Source: Candidatus Poseidoniaceae archaeon
Lineage (GTDB): Archaea; Thermoplasmatota; Poseidoniia; Poseidoniales; Poseidoniaceae
DNA: 64,000 nt
Assembly: GCA_049623485.1 (NCBI GenBank)
Contig: JBMZTB010000002.1
Span: 8,446-72,445 of the forward strand
Direction: 5' to 3'
Position numbers and translations under genes: made by a program. The notes below the pieces were generated by a model. It worked only from the letters and a program-made list of their open reading frames with translations. It made no database searches and was not told where the DNA came from. Positions within the stretch are counted from its first letter, which is position 1. Each line of letters begins with the position of its first letter. Positions 9,280 through 18,816 of this stretch are shown here, one piece after another.

Positions 9280-10364
9280 GTCGATTCTTTGAACATGGGA
9301 TGCTTGTTAGCACATCTATGCGAGACCACTCCTCAAGTCGTATTGACCTCCGTTCAGATACGGTAACTCAACCCACTCTGGCCATGCGTAATGCTATGGC
9401 AACTGCCGAAGTTGGCGACGACGTCCTTGGGGATGACCCAACCGTTCAACAGTTGGAACAACTTGTGGCAAAGCGGTGCGGAAAAGAAGCAGGGCTGTTT
9501 GTACCTTCAGGAACGATGTCAAACGCTGTGGCGTTGAAAACACATACAGTTCCAGGTGACGAAATCGTAACCGAACGTTACAGTCACATCTACCTTTACG
9601 AGGGCGGAGGATATGCAGCACTTTGTGGTTCCAGCATTGCATTACCGGAAGGCAAGTATGGCATGCTCACTCCAGAGTTGGTATCAGACTCAATAAGAAA
9701 ACAAGCAGGTTCACAATCTCATTATCCTGACGGACGCCTTGTTTGCGTCGAAAACACAGCGAATAGAGGCGGAGGAACGTGTTATGAACAATCAATTCTC
9801 GACGAAATTGCATCCGTGGCGAATGAACATAATTGTGGAACACACATAGACGGAGCCCGTATTTTCAATGCCTCCGTTGCTACGGGGGTTGCTTTACCGC
9901 GTATGACTCAACATTACGACTCAGTTTCGATATGTCTTTCCAAAGGTCTTGGTGCACCAGTAGGGTCTGTACTCGTTGGTTCACAAGAATTCATCGATCA
10001 CGCACATCGATGGCGTAAAATGTTTGGAGGAGGTATGAGGCAATCTGGTATTCTTGCCGCAGCTGGAATTTATGCGATTGAAAACCATGTTGATAGAATG
10101 GCTGATGATCATCGAAGAGCGATGAATTTGGCTAATGCAATTGATGAAATGGATCACGTACAGGTTGATATCGATGCAGTTCAAACGAACATGGTTTATT
10201 TCTCAGCAGATGGCTATTCAGCATCGCAAGTAGCAGAACATATGGGGAAACAAGGGATCGATATGTTTGATATTTCACCAACGCACTGTCGTTTAGTAAC
10301 TCATCTCCACATTACAGATCAAGATGTTGACAATGTGATAAAGGCACTTGAATCGCTTCGTTGA
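9276..10364 (+). CDS. ltaE: Low-specificity L-threonine aldolase (PLP-dependent)
   Basis: IDLRSDTVTQPTLAMRNAMATAEVGDDVLGDDPTVQQLE, FVPSGTMSNAVAL, and the PLP-lysine motif SICLSKGLGAPVGS. The start is uncertain: TTG 9276, ATG 9300 or ATG 9318. Confidence 0.85.
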   Translation: MSRFFEHGMLVSTSMRDHSSSRIDLRSDTVTQPTLAMRNAMATAEVGDDVLGDDPTVQQLEQLVAKRCGKEAGLFVPSGTMSNAVALKTHTVPGDEIVTERYSHIYLYEGGGYAALCGSSIALPEGKYGMLTPELVSDSIRKQAGSQSHYPDGRLVCVENTANRGGGTCYEQSILDEIASVANEHNCGTHIDGARIFNASVATGVALPRMTQHYDSVSICLSKGLGAPVGSVLVGSQEFIDHAHRWRKMFGGGMRQSGILAAAGIYAIENHVDRMADDHRRAMNLANAIDEMDHVQVDIDAVQTNMVYFSADGYSASQVAEHMGKQGIDMFDISPTHCRLVTHLHITDQDVDNVIKALESLR

Positions 10365-10396
10365 ATGTTTTTAATCTCTGGAAATCGATAGGTTGT

Positions 10397-12619
10397 ATGC
10401 TTCAACCTTTATGCAGCGTATGCCATCAAGATGAAACAACAAACCAATGCCCACTATGCGAGCGTTGCATTGAACTTGCACAGGAAAAAAATTGGGCTCC
10501 AGAACTCGATTTCTCTATTCACGAACAAATGGCCCAAATTCTCGGGGGGCCAATTCGCTCCTTGAAACGAAGATGGGAAAATCTGGAGCAATTCATGCTT
10601 ACAACTCCAGATGTTGACTGGGCCCGTTTACGTAACCCACAGGAAGACCCTGTACGTTATTCTCCGTTCCCAGATGTGGAAGAGGAACTCTTTGCAGAAA
10701 AATTACATTCTGGATTTGGTGTTTCTGGTTACGAAAAGGAACGATTGGAAGACGGGTATCAGATGAGCAATGGTTCAATTCTCTCCTTCAGTGAGGGGGG
10801 CATGTACATCGATGGAACTCGCCACAATGCCCAGATTCCAATCCGGCAATTCTTACTTATTCTTACTGATAAAGAAGCCAGGATTGGTTGGGATCTCGTC
10901 ATGATTTTTTTAGCAACGAGCTCATTATACCAGCCAATTCGCAAATCTGGATCGGGCGAGAGGTACATGAACCGGTATTACAATCTCTTCTTTCGTCAAA
11001 ACCGATATAATCGAATCACTCCTTTCGATTCGATGATTCAAACATCGTACGTTCTCTCTGAACACAAGAGAAAACTTGGGTTCAATTCATTTTCAAATTA
11101 TCATTGGGCAAGGAATATACTAGAACGGATCGAAGATAGACGCCCTCGCCAACGAATGAAATTCTCAAGACGATTTCTTCGAGATGGTTCGAATACTATT
11201 CTTCAGGATGCGGAATGGCCATGGGCTCGCCGTTGGGGAAATTTAAGCGCTTTAAATGAGCACAAAAACGTGCCTTCGCCGTTAACACTGAGCACCAAAG
11301 GAGAGTTGTGTTTTAGAGCGATGACAAAGAGAGGTTCGACGAGGAGAACACCTATCCCGCCCAGACCTGGATTGCTTGCAGGCTTGGTATCTTGGTGCAG
11401 TTCTCCTCATGAATCTCGAGAAGGCGAGATGCTTATTGCAACCCAAATGAACTGGTCTTCTGCTTACGAAATACAAGAGAAACTGAGTCCGCCGTTTGTG
11501 AAATCAATGCAATTTCTTCGTGGTGTTCTAAATCAATTCCCAAATGATACGTGGGTGGAGAACGATCGAATTCTTGTTCGGGGGATGATTGGTCACTTCT
11601 ATGAAATTAGATTAGAATCTGGCGCTCACAGAGCCCCATTCAAAATCCATGGAATACGTCTTGGGATCACCTCACCTCATTCATTGTGTATTCATACAGG
11701 ACACCATCATCGAAATATTCCAATCGGAGACACGATCGCAATTGTTGTGCTTTCATTAATTTCAGACGTGATTACTGCTGAAAAGGTGAACAGCCTAATG
11801 ATACATCTTCGTTCAAATGAGCCACCAGGTGAACCTCAATCGACATCTCGAATCACGCCAAAATCATTCTATTCAGGCGGTCGAGGAATACTTCCAAATT
11901 TCATGATGTTTGGCGGGCATCAAGAGTTCAACAAACATATCAAACCAGCCGATTTAGATGGGTTACAAACAATTTCTGATACTGTCTTGGTAAACGATTG
12001 GAGAATTCGGCCGACGACATTAACTGAGAGTATGTTTGACCATGAGGATATTGAATTTGGAGGGATTGATTTCGCTAGATATAATTGGGGGAATAGACGA
12101 GAAGATGCGCAATTGGTTATCGTGGAAGATCCACCGGTGGAAGTCGTTGATGTTCTGGAAAATGTAGAGGAAGACCCTGCTGAAAATCTCCGAGAAGGTG
12201 ATGGACAATTCCATCGGTGGTATCGCACAATGCCACTCGTTTGGGAAGCTCTTTCCTTACAGCCTATTGGCAACCACGTCTCTGTTGGCGGCGTTAGAGG
12301 TGTATTACGATTACAAGGATGCGGGCTTCGAATAACAATTCGAACTGCACAAGAAGAAGATTCAATCTTGCGTTTCCTAGAGATTTTGGGGTATCATTAC
12401 TCTCGTCGGCTCAATGGAGATCAGGTGTTTGTTCGACGAGATTTCCCTATCGCAAACCCAAGGCAAGAACTTCGCAATCTGTTGGGACCTCTCGAACAGG
12501 AACTTGGATTTTTCAACATTGAAAACTATGTGATTCGTTACTTAGAAGTGGGACGCCCTCCAGATAGAATGCCGGAAGTTGATCAGAGATTGCATGCGAA
12601 TTTAGTCGATCATTACTGA
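10397..12619 (+). CDS. Orphan 740-aa protein with N-terminal Cys-rich zinc ribbon
   Basis: CSVCHQDETTNQCPLCERC at the N-terminus. A central segment reads FYEIRLESGAH...SLCIHTGHHHRNIPIGDTIAIVVLSLISDVITAEKV, and an acidic stretch reads VEDPPVEVVDVLENVEEDPAE. I recognise no catalytic motif. ATG 10397 is preferred over TTG 10361. Confidence 0.55.
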   Translation: MLQPLCSVCHQDETTNQCPLCERCIELAQEKNWAPELDFSIHEQMAQILGGPIRSLKRRWENLEQFMLTTPDVDWARLRNPQEDPVRYSPFPDVEEELFAEKLHSGFGVSGYEKERLEDGYQMSNGSILSFSEGGMYIDGTRHNAQIPIRQFLLILTDKEARIGWDLVMIFLATSSLYQPIRKSGSGERYMNRYYNLFFRQNRYNRITPFDSMIQTSYVLSEHKRKLGFNSFSNYHWARNILERIEDRRPRQRMKFSRRFLRDGSNTILQDAEWPWARRWGNLSALNEHKNVPSPLTLSTKGELCFRAMTKRGSTRRTPIPPRPGLLAGLVSWCSSPHESREGEMLIATQMNWSSAYEIQEKLSPPFVKSMQFLRGVLNQFPNDTWVENDRILVRGMIGHFYEIRLESGAHRAPFKIHGIRLGITSPHSLCIHTGHHHRNIPIGDTIAIVVLSLISDVITAEKVNSLMIHLRSNEPPGEPQSTSRITPKSFYSGGRGILPNFMMFGGHQEFNKHIKPADLDGLQTISDTVLVNDWRIRPTTLTESMFDHEDIEFGGIDFARYNWGNRREDAQLVIVEDPPVEVVDVLENVEEDPAENLREGDGQFHRWYRTMPLVWEALSLQPIGNHVSVGGVRGVLRLQGCGLRITIRTAQEEDSILRFLEILGYHYSRRLNGDQVFVRRDFPIANPRQELRNLLGPLEQELGFFNIENYVIRYLEVGRPPDRMPEVDQRLHANLVDHY

Positions 12620-12624
12620 TGCAA

Positions 12625-13713
12625 TCAAACTTCTTGCCAGTCCGTTCCATTCCACCATCGGCCACTCCCATCGCTCATTTTCCTCCAGGTGTGGCCAGTC
12701 TCATCCGTCCATTCATTGAGTATTGTCGGTTCAGGTGTTGCTCCTTGCGTTTTGATTCCTTCATCAATTGTTGCAACCACTGCTTGTTGATTCTCTGAGT
12801 CCCAGGCTGAGCCTTTCTTCATCATCATGAAGGCAGCGCCCCCTATAATGACAAGAATTCCAGCGGAAAGTAAGATGAGAGTACTTGAAATGTTGAAATC
12901 TTCCTTCTCATCTTCTGAAGTACTGCCTATTTCCTTGTCAACAATTTCATGAAACATAAGATGGACTTCAAGATCAGTCCCATCGTAGGCATCTGCGTAA
13001 GTAATCGATTGAACCCCTTGACTGAATCCTGTCGAATTGATGAGATCGAGGTGAATAATTTCTCGAACGATGTGAGGGTAGTCTCCCTTTCCATTGGTTC
13101 CGTCAGCAAATGTTCCAATCTTTTCAACGACCCATAAGGACACATTGAACGAGGAATTAGTCGATTGTTCGATGCCCCAAGAAACAGTCCCCGAGTTTGC
13201 TCCTGTCGGCGTCCATGCAAAGCTAACAAAACCAGCACCAAGGTCAAGAGATTTTGCTGCTTGTTCTGTATAATCTGCCTCTAGGGAAGATCCTACAGGG
13301 ACATTCCCAGATATTGCATAAGTTCCATTGAACCCTACAATTGGAGGCTTCCATGGCAGATATGGGTCATAACGGTCCCGAAATTGAGCATCCACTGCTT
13401 CAGAACCCAATGGGTCCTCGGGATCGTTGATGTTTCTATGAATCGAATAGACCTGCATGTTCGAGGTTGATGCCACATTTTCTAGAGCCTCTTCCACGAC
13501 CAAGCACTGGCCACACCACGTCGCAGTATAATCCTCAGCAATTGTAGGGAGATCTTCCAAGGTACTGTTCAAGACAAGAGTTTCTTCAATAGGGACGTGA
13601 AGACCTCCAAATAGCATGCCAGAATCAAGTTCTTCAATCTCTGCGCCTTCAGCAGGACCGAGCAAAGATAGAGCGAAGATGATTGCGAGGGCAGTTACGC
13701 GAATGCGTGCCAT
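12625..13713 (-). CDS. Membrane-anchored extracytoplasmic thioredoxin-like protein
   Basis: Signal peptide MARIRVTALAIIFALSLLGPAEGA, thioredoxin-type motif YTATWCGQCLVVEEAL, and a C-proximal TM helix LILLSAGILVIIGGAAFMMM. A roughly 65-aa Trp-rich tail follows (WTDETGHTWRKMSDGSGRWWNGTDWQEV). Confidence 0.65.
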   Translation of the reverse strand: MARIRVTALAIIFALSLLGPAEGAEIEELDSGMLFGGLHVPIEETLVLNSTLEDLPTIAEDYTATWCGQCLVVEEALENVASTSNMQVYSIHRNINDPEDPLGSEAVDAQFRDRYDPYLPWKPPIVGFNGTYAISGNVPVGSSLEADYTEQAAKSLDLGAGFVSFAWTPTGANSGTVSWGIEQSTNSSFNVSLWVVEKIGTFADGTNGKGDYPHIVREIIHLDLINSTGFSQGVQSITYADAYDGTDLEVHLMFHEIVDKEIGSTSEDEKEDFNISSTLILLSAGILVIIGGAAFMMMKKGSAWDSENQQAVVATIDEGIKTQGATPEPTILNEWTDETGHTWRKMSDGSGRWWNGTDWQEV

Positions 13714-13758
13714 GATTAAACCAAACCATTCTGCTTAAAGATACAACGTATCTAAGCA

Positions 13759-14844
13759 TCAAAGCGAGATATCGAATGCACCATTGTCATAGATTTTGCC
13801 AGCATCAATAGCATCGACCAACTTCGCCAGCCGGGACTTAATCGCGTTTCTGGTCTTGTCAGCAGCACCAGCGATAGCAGTCAATCGACTTTCAGCAACA
13901 CCAAATTTCATACATGACATTTGGAAAAGCATTGAACACAAAATTCGAGCAGGTACATTTGGTATCGGGGATTCAGACATTGTTGGCTCACCTAACTTGA
14001 AAAGTCGCTGATTCAAATCTTCCATGAGCTTGTCTTGGAGGCCCTTTTCCAAATCAGAAACGACGTTTCTCAAGCGTCGTTTCATGATTCTGATTTCCTC
14101 GGCTCTGTTTGCGAGGGCAATTTCCCTTCGGTCTATTGCAGGAGCAATAAGTTTCTTGCCATCGACTTCAACCTTCTCACAAATTGAAAAGTACTTTTCG
14201 ATGATCTTTGAGGCATCGATAACCTGCTTCATTGTGATTCCAGTGTTCTCGAGCATTGCTGCCCAATCGATGCTCATCCCGCCCCATCTTGCCTGATAAA
14301 CTCGAAGGCATCCAAGGGCTAACAGTCTCTCATTATGGTCTGTGTCAGCCCCTCTTGTCTTCATTCTACAAATAGAATTCTTTGGGAGGATGACTTCCTC
14401 TCCTTTGGCGACCTTCTTCATGTTAGCCAGGGCTTCTTCGTCCTCTACAGGCAGAGTGGCACGGGTGATGGCTGTCTTTGCCTTCATCGCATTTTCGGTT
14501 CCGCTAAGTCTTACTGCAGCATCCATAGTAGCTTGGACCATTGGGTGACAATCTTTCGCATCTCGAGCAGCGATGTTTCGCAGAATCTTCCACTTTCCTT
14601 TCGCTTCTTTCTGTGTTCCGATATAGGAACCCAAACCGTTGCCCTTATTACCGGTCTTGATTTTGGTAACTCTGGTGGTAGGAGTGTTGAAACTGTTCTC
14701 TCCCCAGATGGCTCCCGCATTGTCATTTTGGTTGGTGGAAACTTGGTGTTCAGCCACCAGCCCACAGCTCTTGCATTCGAGTTCGCCCCGTGCATTGTCC
14801 ATTTTCATGTCGTTACTTCCACATTCTTCGCATTTTTCTGTCAT
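13759..14844 (-). CDS. TFB/TFIIB-like transcription factor, divergent
   Basis: N-terminal zinc ribbon CEECGSNDMKMDNARGELECKSCGLV. Two helical cyclin-like halves follow (ERLLALGCLRVYQARWGGMSIDWAAMLENTGITMKQV; ILCSMLFQMSCMKFGVAESRLTAIAGAADKTRNAIKSRLAKL). The linker between ribbon and core is longer than in typical TFB. ATG 14844 is preferred over TTG 14889. Confidence 0.6.
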   Translation of the reverse strand: MTEKCEECGSNDMKMDNARGELECKSCGLVAEHQVSTNQNDNAGAIWGENSFNTPTTRVTKIKTGNKGNGLGSYIGTQKEAKGKWKILRNIAARDAKDCHPMVQATMDAAVRLSGTENAMKAKTAITRATLPVEDEEALANMKKVAKGEEVILPKNSICRMKTRGADTDHNERLLALGCLRVYQARWGGMSIDWAAMLENTGITMKQVIDASKIIEKYFSICEKVEVDGKKLIAPAIDRREIALANRAEEIRIMKRRLRNVVSDLEKGLQDKLMEDLNQRLFKLGEPTMSESPIPNVPARILCSMLFQMSCMKFGVAESRLTAIAGAADKTRNAIKSRLAKLVDAIDAGKIYDNGAFDISL

Positions 14845-14993
14845 TATATCGCCTTCTTCTTCCTTTAATCTGCAACAAGATTGAGCCAAACAGAACTTTG
14901 AATTCTAGTGTTTGGCGCAAGTTCGCTCGGCAGGATTACATCTATACCCTGCAACCTATTTAAACCAAACGATTCATGTTGCCCATCATAACA

Positions 14994-15012
14994 AACAAGA
15001 ATTATTCTTGTT
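14994..15012. promoter_or_regulatory. Perfect 9-bp inverted repeat in a divergent promoter region
   Basis: AACAAGAAT-t-ATTCTTGTT sits in the 297-nt region between the TFB-like gene (minus) and the addB-like gene (plus). It is a candidate operator; its function is unknown. Confidence 0.3.
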
Positions 15013-15096
15013 CTATTTTTAGAAACTAGATGAAAGAGTGAAAGAGATCAACAATTTCCTTATTGATCAAAAAATAACAAAACGGAATGAGTTTCC

Positions 15097-15103
15097 TTTT
15101 ATA
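15097..15103 (+). promoter_or_regulatory. TATA-box-like element upstream of the addB-like gene
   Basis: gagtttccTTTTATAccc lies about 42 nt upstream of ATG 15142. A GGGGGAG SD-like motif sits at 15128-15134. Confidence 0.35.
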
Positions 15104-15141
15104 CCCTCGGTATTCTTGTAGAGAACTGGGGGAGAAAGATA

Positions 15142-18100
15142 ATGCAGAACGTTACTGTTGAAGCATGCTCTGCTTCTACCTTAGTACCTCAATGGCTCTT
15201 ACAACATCTTGAAGGTGGAACAAATAATCTCATGATTATCTATCCCAACGAAACCGTTCGAGAAGGTGCGTTGAAGCATCTGAGCACCGTCTGCGGAGCA
15301 ATTGATTCCAGCCGCCATACTACACTTAATCGGCTTTGTACATCACTGCAGATGGACTTCAGGTTTCCAGTTATAATTCCAAGATCTACGATAGGGATTG
15401 TTCAAGTCAACAAGATATTCTCTCATGCTGCTTCTGAGTTTAGATTCCCTAGAATGCATCCTGATGCTTCTCGAAAGTGGTCGTTGTCCAAAACCGAGCG
15501 ATTACTTCAATTGCACCGTTTCTCTACGACGCATGACATTATCTCAAAATGGGATGATGACCCAGGTGTATCAGAGGCCGATAACCTTCTTTCTTCGTTT
15601 AAGAAATCGAATCTTCTCCATGAACACCACGTCATAGAAGAATTAACCAACGCACTTTTAGACTCTGACACTCAAATTCCATATTCTTTATCGACAGTGG
15701 ATGGTATCCTTTTATTGAATCACCCTCCAGATTTCTTCAGCAATGAAAAGAGGCTTTTGAATGCCATAGCCTCAAGAGTTCCGATCCATCATTTGTGCGT
15801 GCAAGGATCTTTCCGTCTTGGACTGCATGGAGCTTATATCGATGATGAAATCCAATACGTGAAATCTGAAAAGGAATTGCCTGACTGGATTCCAAAGCAT
15901 ACCCTTTCTCCCATAGTTGAAGATGAGATTAGGACTGAAGGTATTCACCTTGTATCTTTTGACCAAGCATCCCAAGTTCTCGATGCCGCTTTATCCGCAA
16001 TTCGTATTTATCGACAACATCACTCTGGTAAGATTTTGGTCATTGATGCAGATCAAAACCGCAGAAGTGTTTGGAAACGCAGACTCCAGCAAATAGGCTT
16101 AGATTGTGATGCAGGTACTGAAACCGTTGGCTCAACTTCAGCAGTTCAAGCAGTACTACGCTTCCTTTCAATTGCTGACGGACAAGATGCTTGGTCTGGC
16201 AATAAGTTGTTTGACATCATTCAGTCGCAAGCATTCCCAATTATTGAAAACCTTCTCGCTAATCTATCCCACCCAGTGAATGGGGGTTGGAAGCCTAAAC
16301 CAAATCTCGATGTTTTGGAAAACATAGGCAGAAGCTTCCATGTCATCGGAGGAAATGGGGCTCTTTTCCGCTGGCTTGGTTCGTTATCAGTTGCAACTCC
16401 TTCGTCCTCAGAACCTTACCGAAAAGAGGCAGAAGAGCAGGCAATAGAAGAAACGAGATGGTGGCTCTATTCTCTTGCAAGAGTCTGGGCTCCATTCTTA
16501 GATTCTGAGGCACAAACGTTCATACAGGAACCGTTGATTAGTAGTCTAAGTGGTGTTGAACTTCCACTTCCAAAGGTGAACTCTGGTCATAGAGATGTTC
16601 TTGCTGATCTTCTAAAGGCATGTGAATGGGGGCAACTGTTCAATCGTACTTCGATCTATGATCACTCGATTGGGGGTTTGCAGTCTTGGATTCAAACGAT
16701 TGACTCAATATTACAATACGATTCAGACGTTGATTTCCTTGATATTTGTAAGCTATCAGCAAATCAAACCAACCTCCCTCCAACCCGAATTCGTCATTCT
16801 GATGTAAAAATATGTACGCCAGAACAAGCATATGGAGCACAGGCAGATATCGTCATGTTCGTTGGCATAGACTCCGAATCATGGTCGATGAAACCCCCAA
16901 GAGTGCCTTGGATTGATGATGCCGTAAGAGTTCAACTTGGATTAAATGATTCAGATCATCCAATTCGTCGTGGGCGCCATGTATTCAAATCCTTATTGTC
17001 AACGTGTAATTCTGCGATATTATTCGATACGAAACACGATGAATCTGCTGGAAACTCAACGCCTGTTGCAGAATATTTAGCAGAGATTGAACTTTCAGGA
17101 AAATTATCGAAACTCTCTATCCCCCCTGATTTCTTAATAGATTCAATCTCATCAGGCGCTGGTTGGTCATTCGTAACGCGTGAAGATGGGAACTGGCTGA
17201 CATACAAGAGTTCTGCTTTGGTCTTAGAAGGAAATAATGTCGAGTTACTCCGCGCAGAAAACCTCCCTAGAGACCGCCGACAACGAACAGGCCTCGCTCT
17301 GAAATCAGGCGCAACTCCTGAGGTAAACATTCGCTCACCAACCTCTCTTGTGATAGGAGCAGAAAAGCAACTAAATCTAGATCGATATCGAAGACAACCA
17401 AAGTTCAAAGCAACTGAAAAAGAAGAAGCAATGCCGTGGACTTACAGAGAGAATCTTCTCTCAGTCGACGGGCTCGTCCTTGCACCCTCATTAGGTCAAG
17501 CCAATACTGGAGGGGGAAGAACAGTTGACAATTGGCCGCATCTTGGATACAAAAAGAATGGGAATTCTAGAGGGCCTTCAATCGATCCAAGGCCTCTTCC
17601 CCCAATCTCGTCTATGTCTGCTTCAATCTCATCCATATGGACTACAAATCAACGAAGTGAAGACGATAAGATTTGGTCTACAAACAGACTCACTCCATGG
17701 ATTAATTGCCCTCGTTTAGCTTGGTCTGAACAGATACTGAAAGCGAAGGAAGTAGAGCCAGAGGTATCTGAAGACCTTGCGCCACTTGCCCGCGGAACGT
17801 TGGTTCATTCGATAGAAGAACATCTTCTCTCGTTGCTTGGAGTCAACGTTGGCGATAGACCTCTAGAAGAGGGCACTCCAATGCATATTGGCCTTGACAT
17901 TCCATTAGAGCAGATTTGGGAATCCCTACTGCATCATTTGTCACACCTTGCACCTTGGCTTTCGCGAACAAATGCAGTCTCTGTCCATCGATGCAACGAT
18001 TTGATTGGATGTTCTCCAGAGGAATGGTCTCAATGGCTTGAAGGAGAAAAAATTCCGCAAATTGGTGGGCGCCTAGGACAACTCTTGCTTGCAGATTTTG

Positions 18101-18816
18101 CCTTGGTTGCTGCAGGACCAATTGCTTCAGAGTGGTCGCTTGAATCTGAAGCTGGAAGATTTATCGAACTCAACGGACTAGACGATCAACTTGATTCAGC
18201 GATGTTGAAGATTTACGGCCGAATTGACAGAGTCGATGCACTCGTCCTTGATGCCGAATTACTTGATCAGGTGTCTGAAAAGGGGCTAGTTGATGATGGT
18301 GCAGGTTTGATTCCTCTAAATTTCGATGGTGAAGGACCTTCTGCGAGTCGATTTATTATCATCAGAGATTTGAAAACAATCGAAGGACCAGATCCTAAAA
18401 AGATTGGATTACGCCATGCAGGAGGGCTGTTTAAAGAAATTCAACTTGCTCTCTATGCTCGTGCTTGGGAGATTGCCCATCCTGGTGATCGGGTCATCGG
18501 TGTGGGTATTTCGGAAGTTGGAGATACAACGCGTCATTTTGTAGAACTTGACCCAGCTTTTGCATTTATTCCCGAAGAGGCAAACATAGGTGAAAGAACA
18601 TCATTTTCCAGCCATCATTATAGAGTCCCTGGTGAGGCAAATACGCCAACGAGTAATCCATTTAGGGCGTGGATGAGCTCTCGTCTTACTACTGCAATTC
18701 GAGCAAAAAATGCAAGCGATTCTGGATGGAATCACCCAACTCCGGGCAAACATTGCACCTATTGTTCACTTGCAAATTCTTGTCCTTCAGCCTCGATAGG
18801 AGTTGATGTGAAATGA
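15142..18816 (+). CDS. addB: AddB-like subunit: degenerate helicase-like N-region plus C-terminal PD-(D/E)XK nuclease with Fe-S cysteines
   Basis: I found no GxxxxGK[ST] P-loop. AddB/RecB-like DIVMFVGIDSESW is present. Nuclease module: WINCPRLAW, GTLVHSIEE, GRIDRVDAL, IIIRDLKT, QLALYARAW, and CTYCSLANSC at 18754-18783 (C-x2-C-x5-C, the AddB/Cas4 4Fe-4S spacing). Confidence 0.75.
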   Translation: MQNVTVEACSASTLVPQWLLQHLEGGTNNLMIIYPNETVREGALKHLSTVCGAIDSSRHTTLNRLCTSLQMDFRFPVIIPRSTIGIVQVNKIFSHAASEFRFPRMHPDASRKWSLSKTERLLQLHRFSTTHDIISKWDDDPGVSEADNLLSSFKKSNLLHEHHVIEELTNALLDSDTQIPYSLSTVDGILLLNHPPDFFSNEKRLLNAIASRVPIHHLCVQGSFRLGLHGAYIDDEIQYVKSEKELPDWIPKHTLSPIVEDEIRTEGIHLVSFDQASQVLDAALSAIRIYRQHHSGKILVIDADQNRRSVWKRRLQQIGLDCDAGTETVGSTSAVQAVLRFLSIADGQDAWSGNKLFDIIQSQAFPIIENLLANLSHPVNGGWKPKPNLDVLENIGRSFHVIGGNGALFRWLGSLSVATPSSSEPYRKEAEEQAIEETRWWLYSLARVWAPFLDSEAQTFIQEPLISSLSGVELPLPKVNSGHRDVLADLLKACEWGQLFNRTSIYDHSIGGLQSWIQTIDSILQYDSDVDFLDICKLSANQTNLPPTRIRHSDVKICTPEQAYGAQADIVMFVGIDSESWSMKPPRVPWIDDAVRVQLGLNDSDHPIRRGRHVFKSLLSTCNSAILFDTKHDESAGNSTPVAEYLAEIELSGKLSKLSIPPDFLIDSISSGAGWSFVTREDGNWLTYKSSALVLEGNNVELLRAENLPRDRRQRTGLALKSGATPEVNIRSPTSLVIGAEKQLNLDRYRRQPKFKATEKEEAMPWTYRENLLSVDGLVLAPSLGQANTGGGRTVDNWPHLGYKKNGNSRGPSIDPRPLPPISSMSASISSIWTTNQRSEDDKIWSTNRLTPWINCPRLAWSEQILKAKEVEPEVSEDLAPLARGTLVHSIEEHLLSLLGVNVGDRPLEEGTPMHIGLDIPLEQIWESLLHHLSHLAPWLSRTNAVSVHRCNDLIGCSPEEWSQWLEGEKIPQIGGRLGQLLLADFALVAAGPIASEWSLESEAGRFIELNGLDDQLDSAMLKIYGRIDRVDALVLDAELLDQVSEKGLVDDGAGLIPLNFDGEGPSASRFIIIRDLKTIEGPDPKKIGLRHAGGLFKEIQLALYARAWEIAHPGDRVIGVGISEVGDTTRHFVELDPAFAFIPEEANIGERTSFSSHHYRVPGEANTPTSNPFRAWMSSRLTTAIRAKNASDSGWNHPTPGKHCTYCSLANSCPSASIGVDVK

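Noticed and set aside
14335-14868. 177-aa plus-strand ORF (plus 14342..14548 and 14639..14884) antisense to the TFB-like gene
   Set aside because: These ORFs lie entirely inside the TFB-like CDS on the opposite strand. The products are hydrophobic or low-complexity with no recognisable motif or start context.
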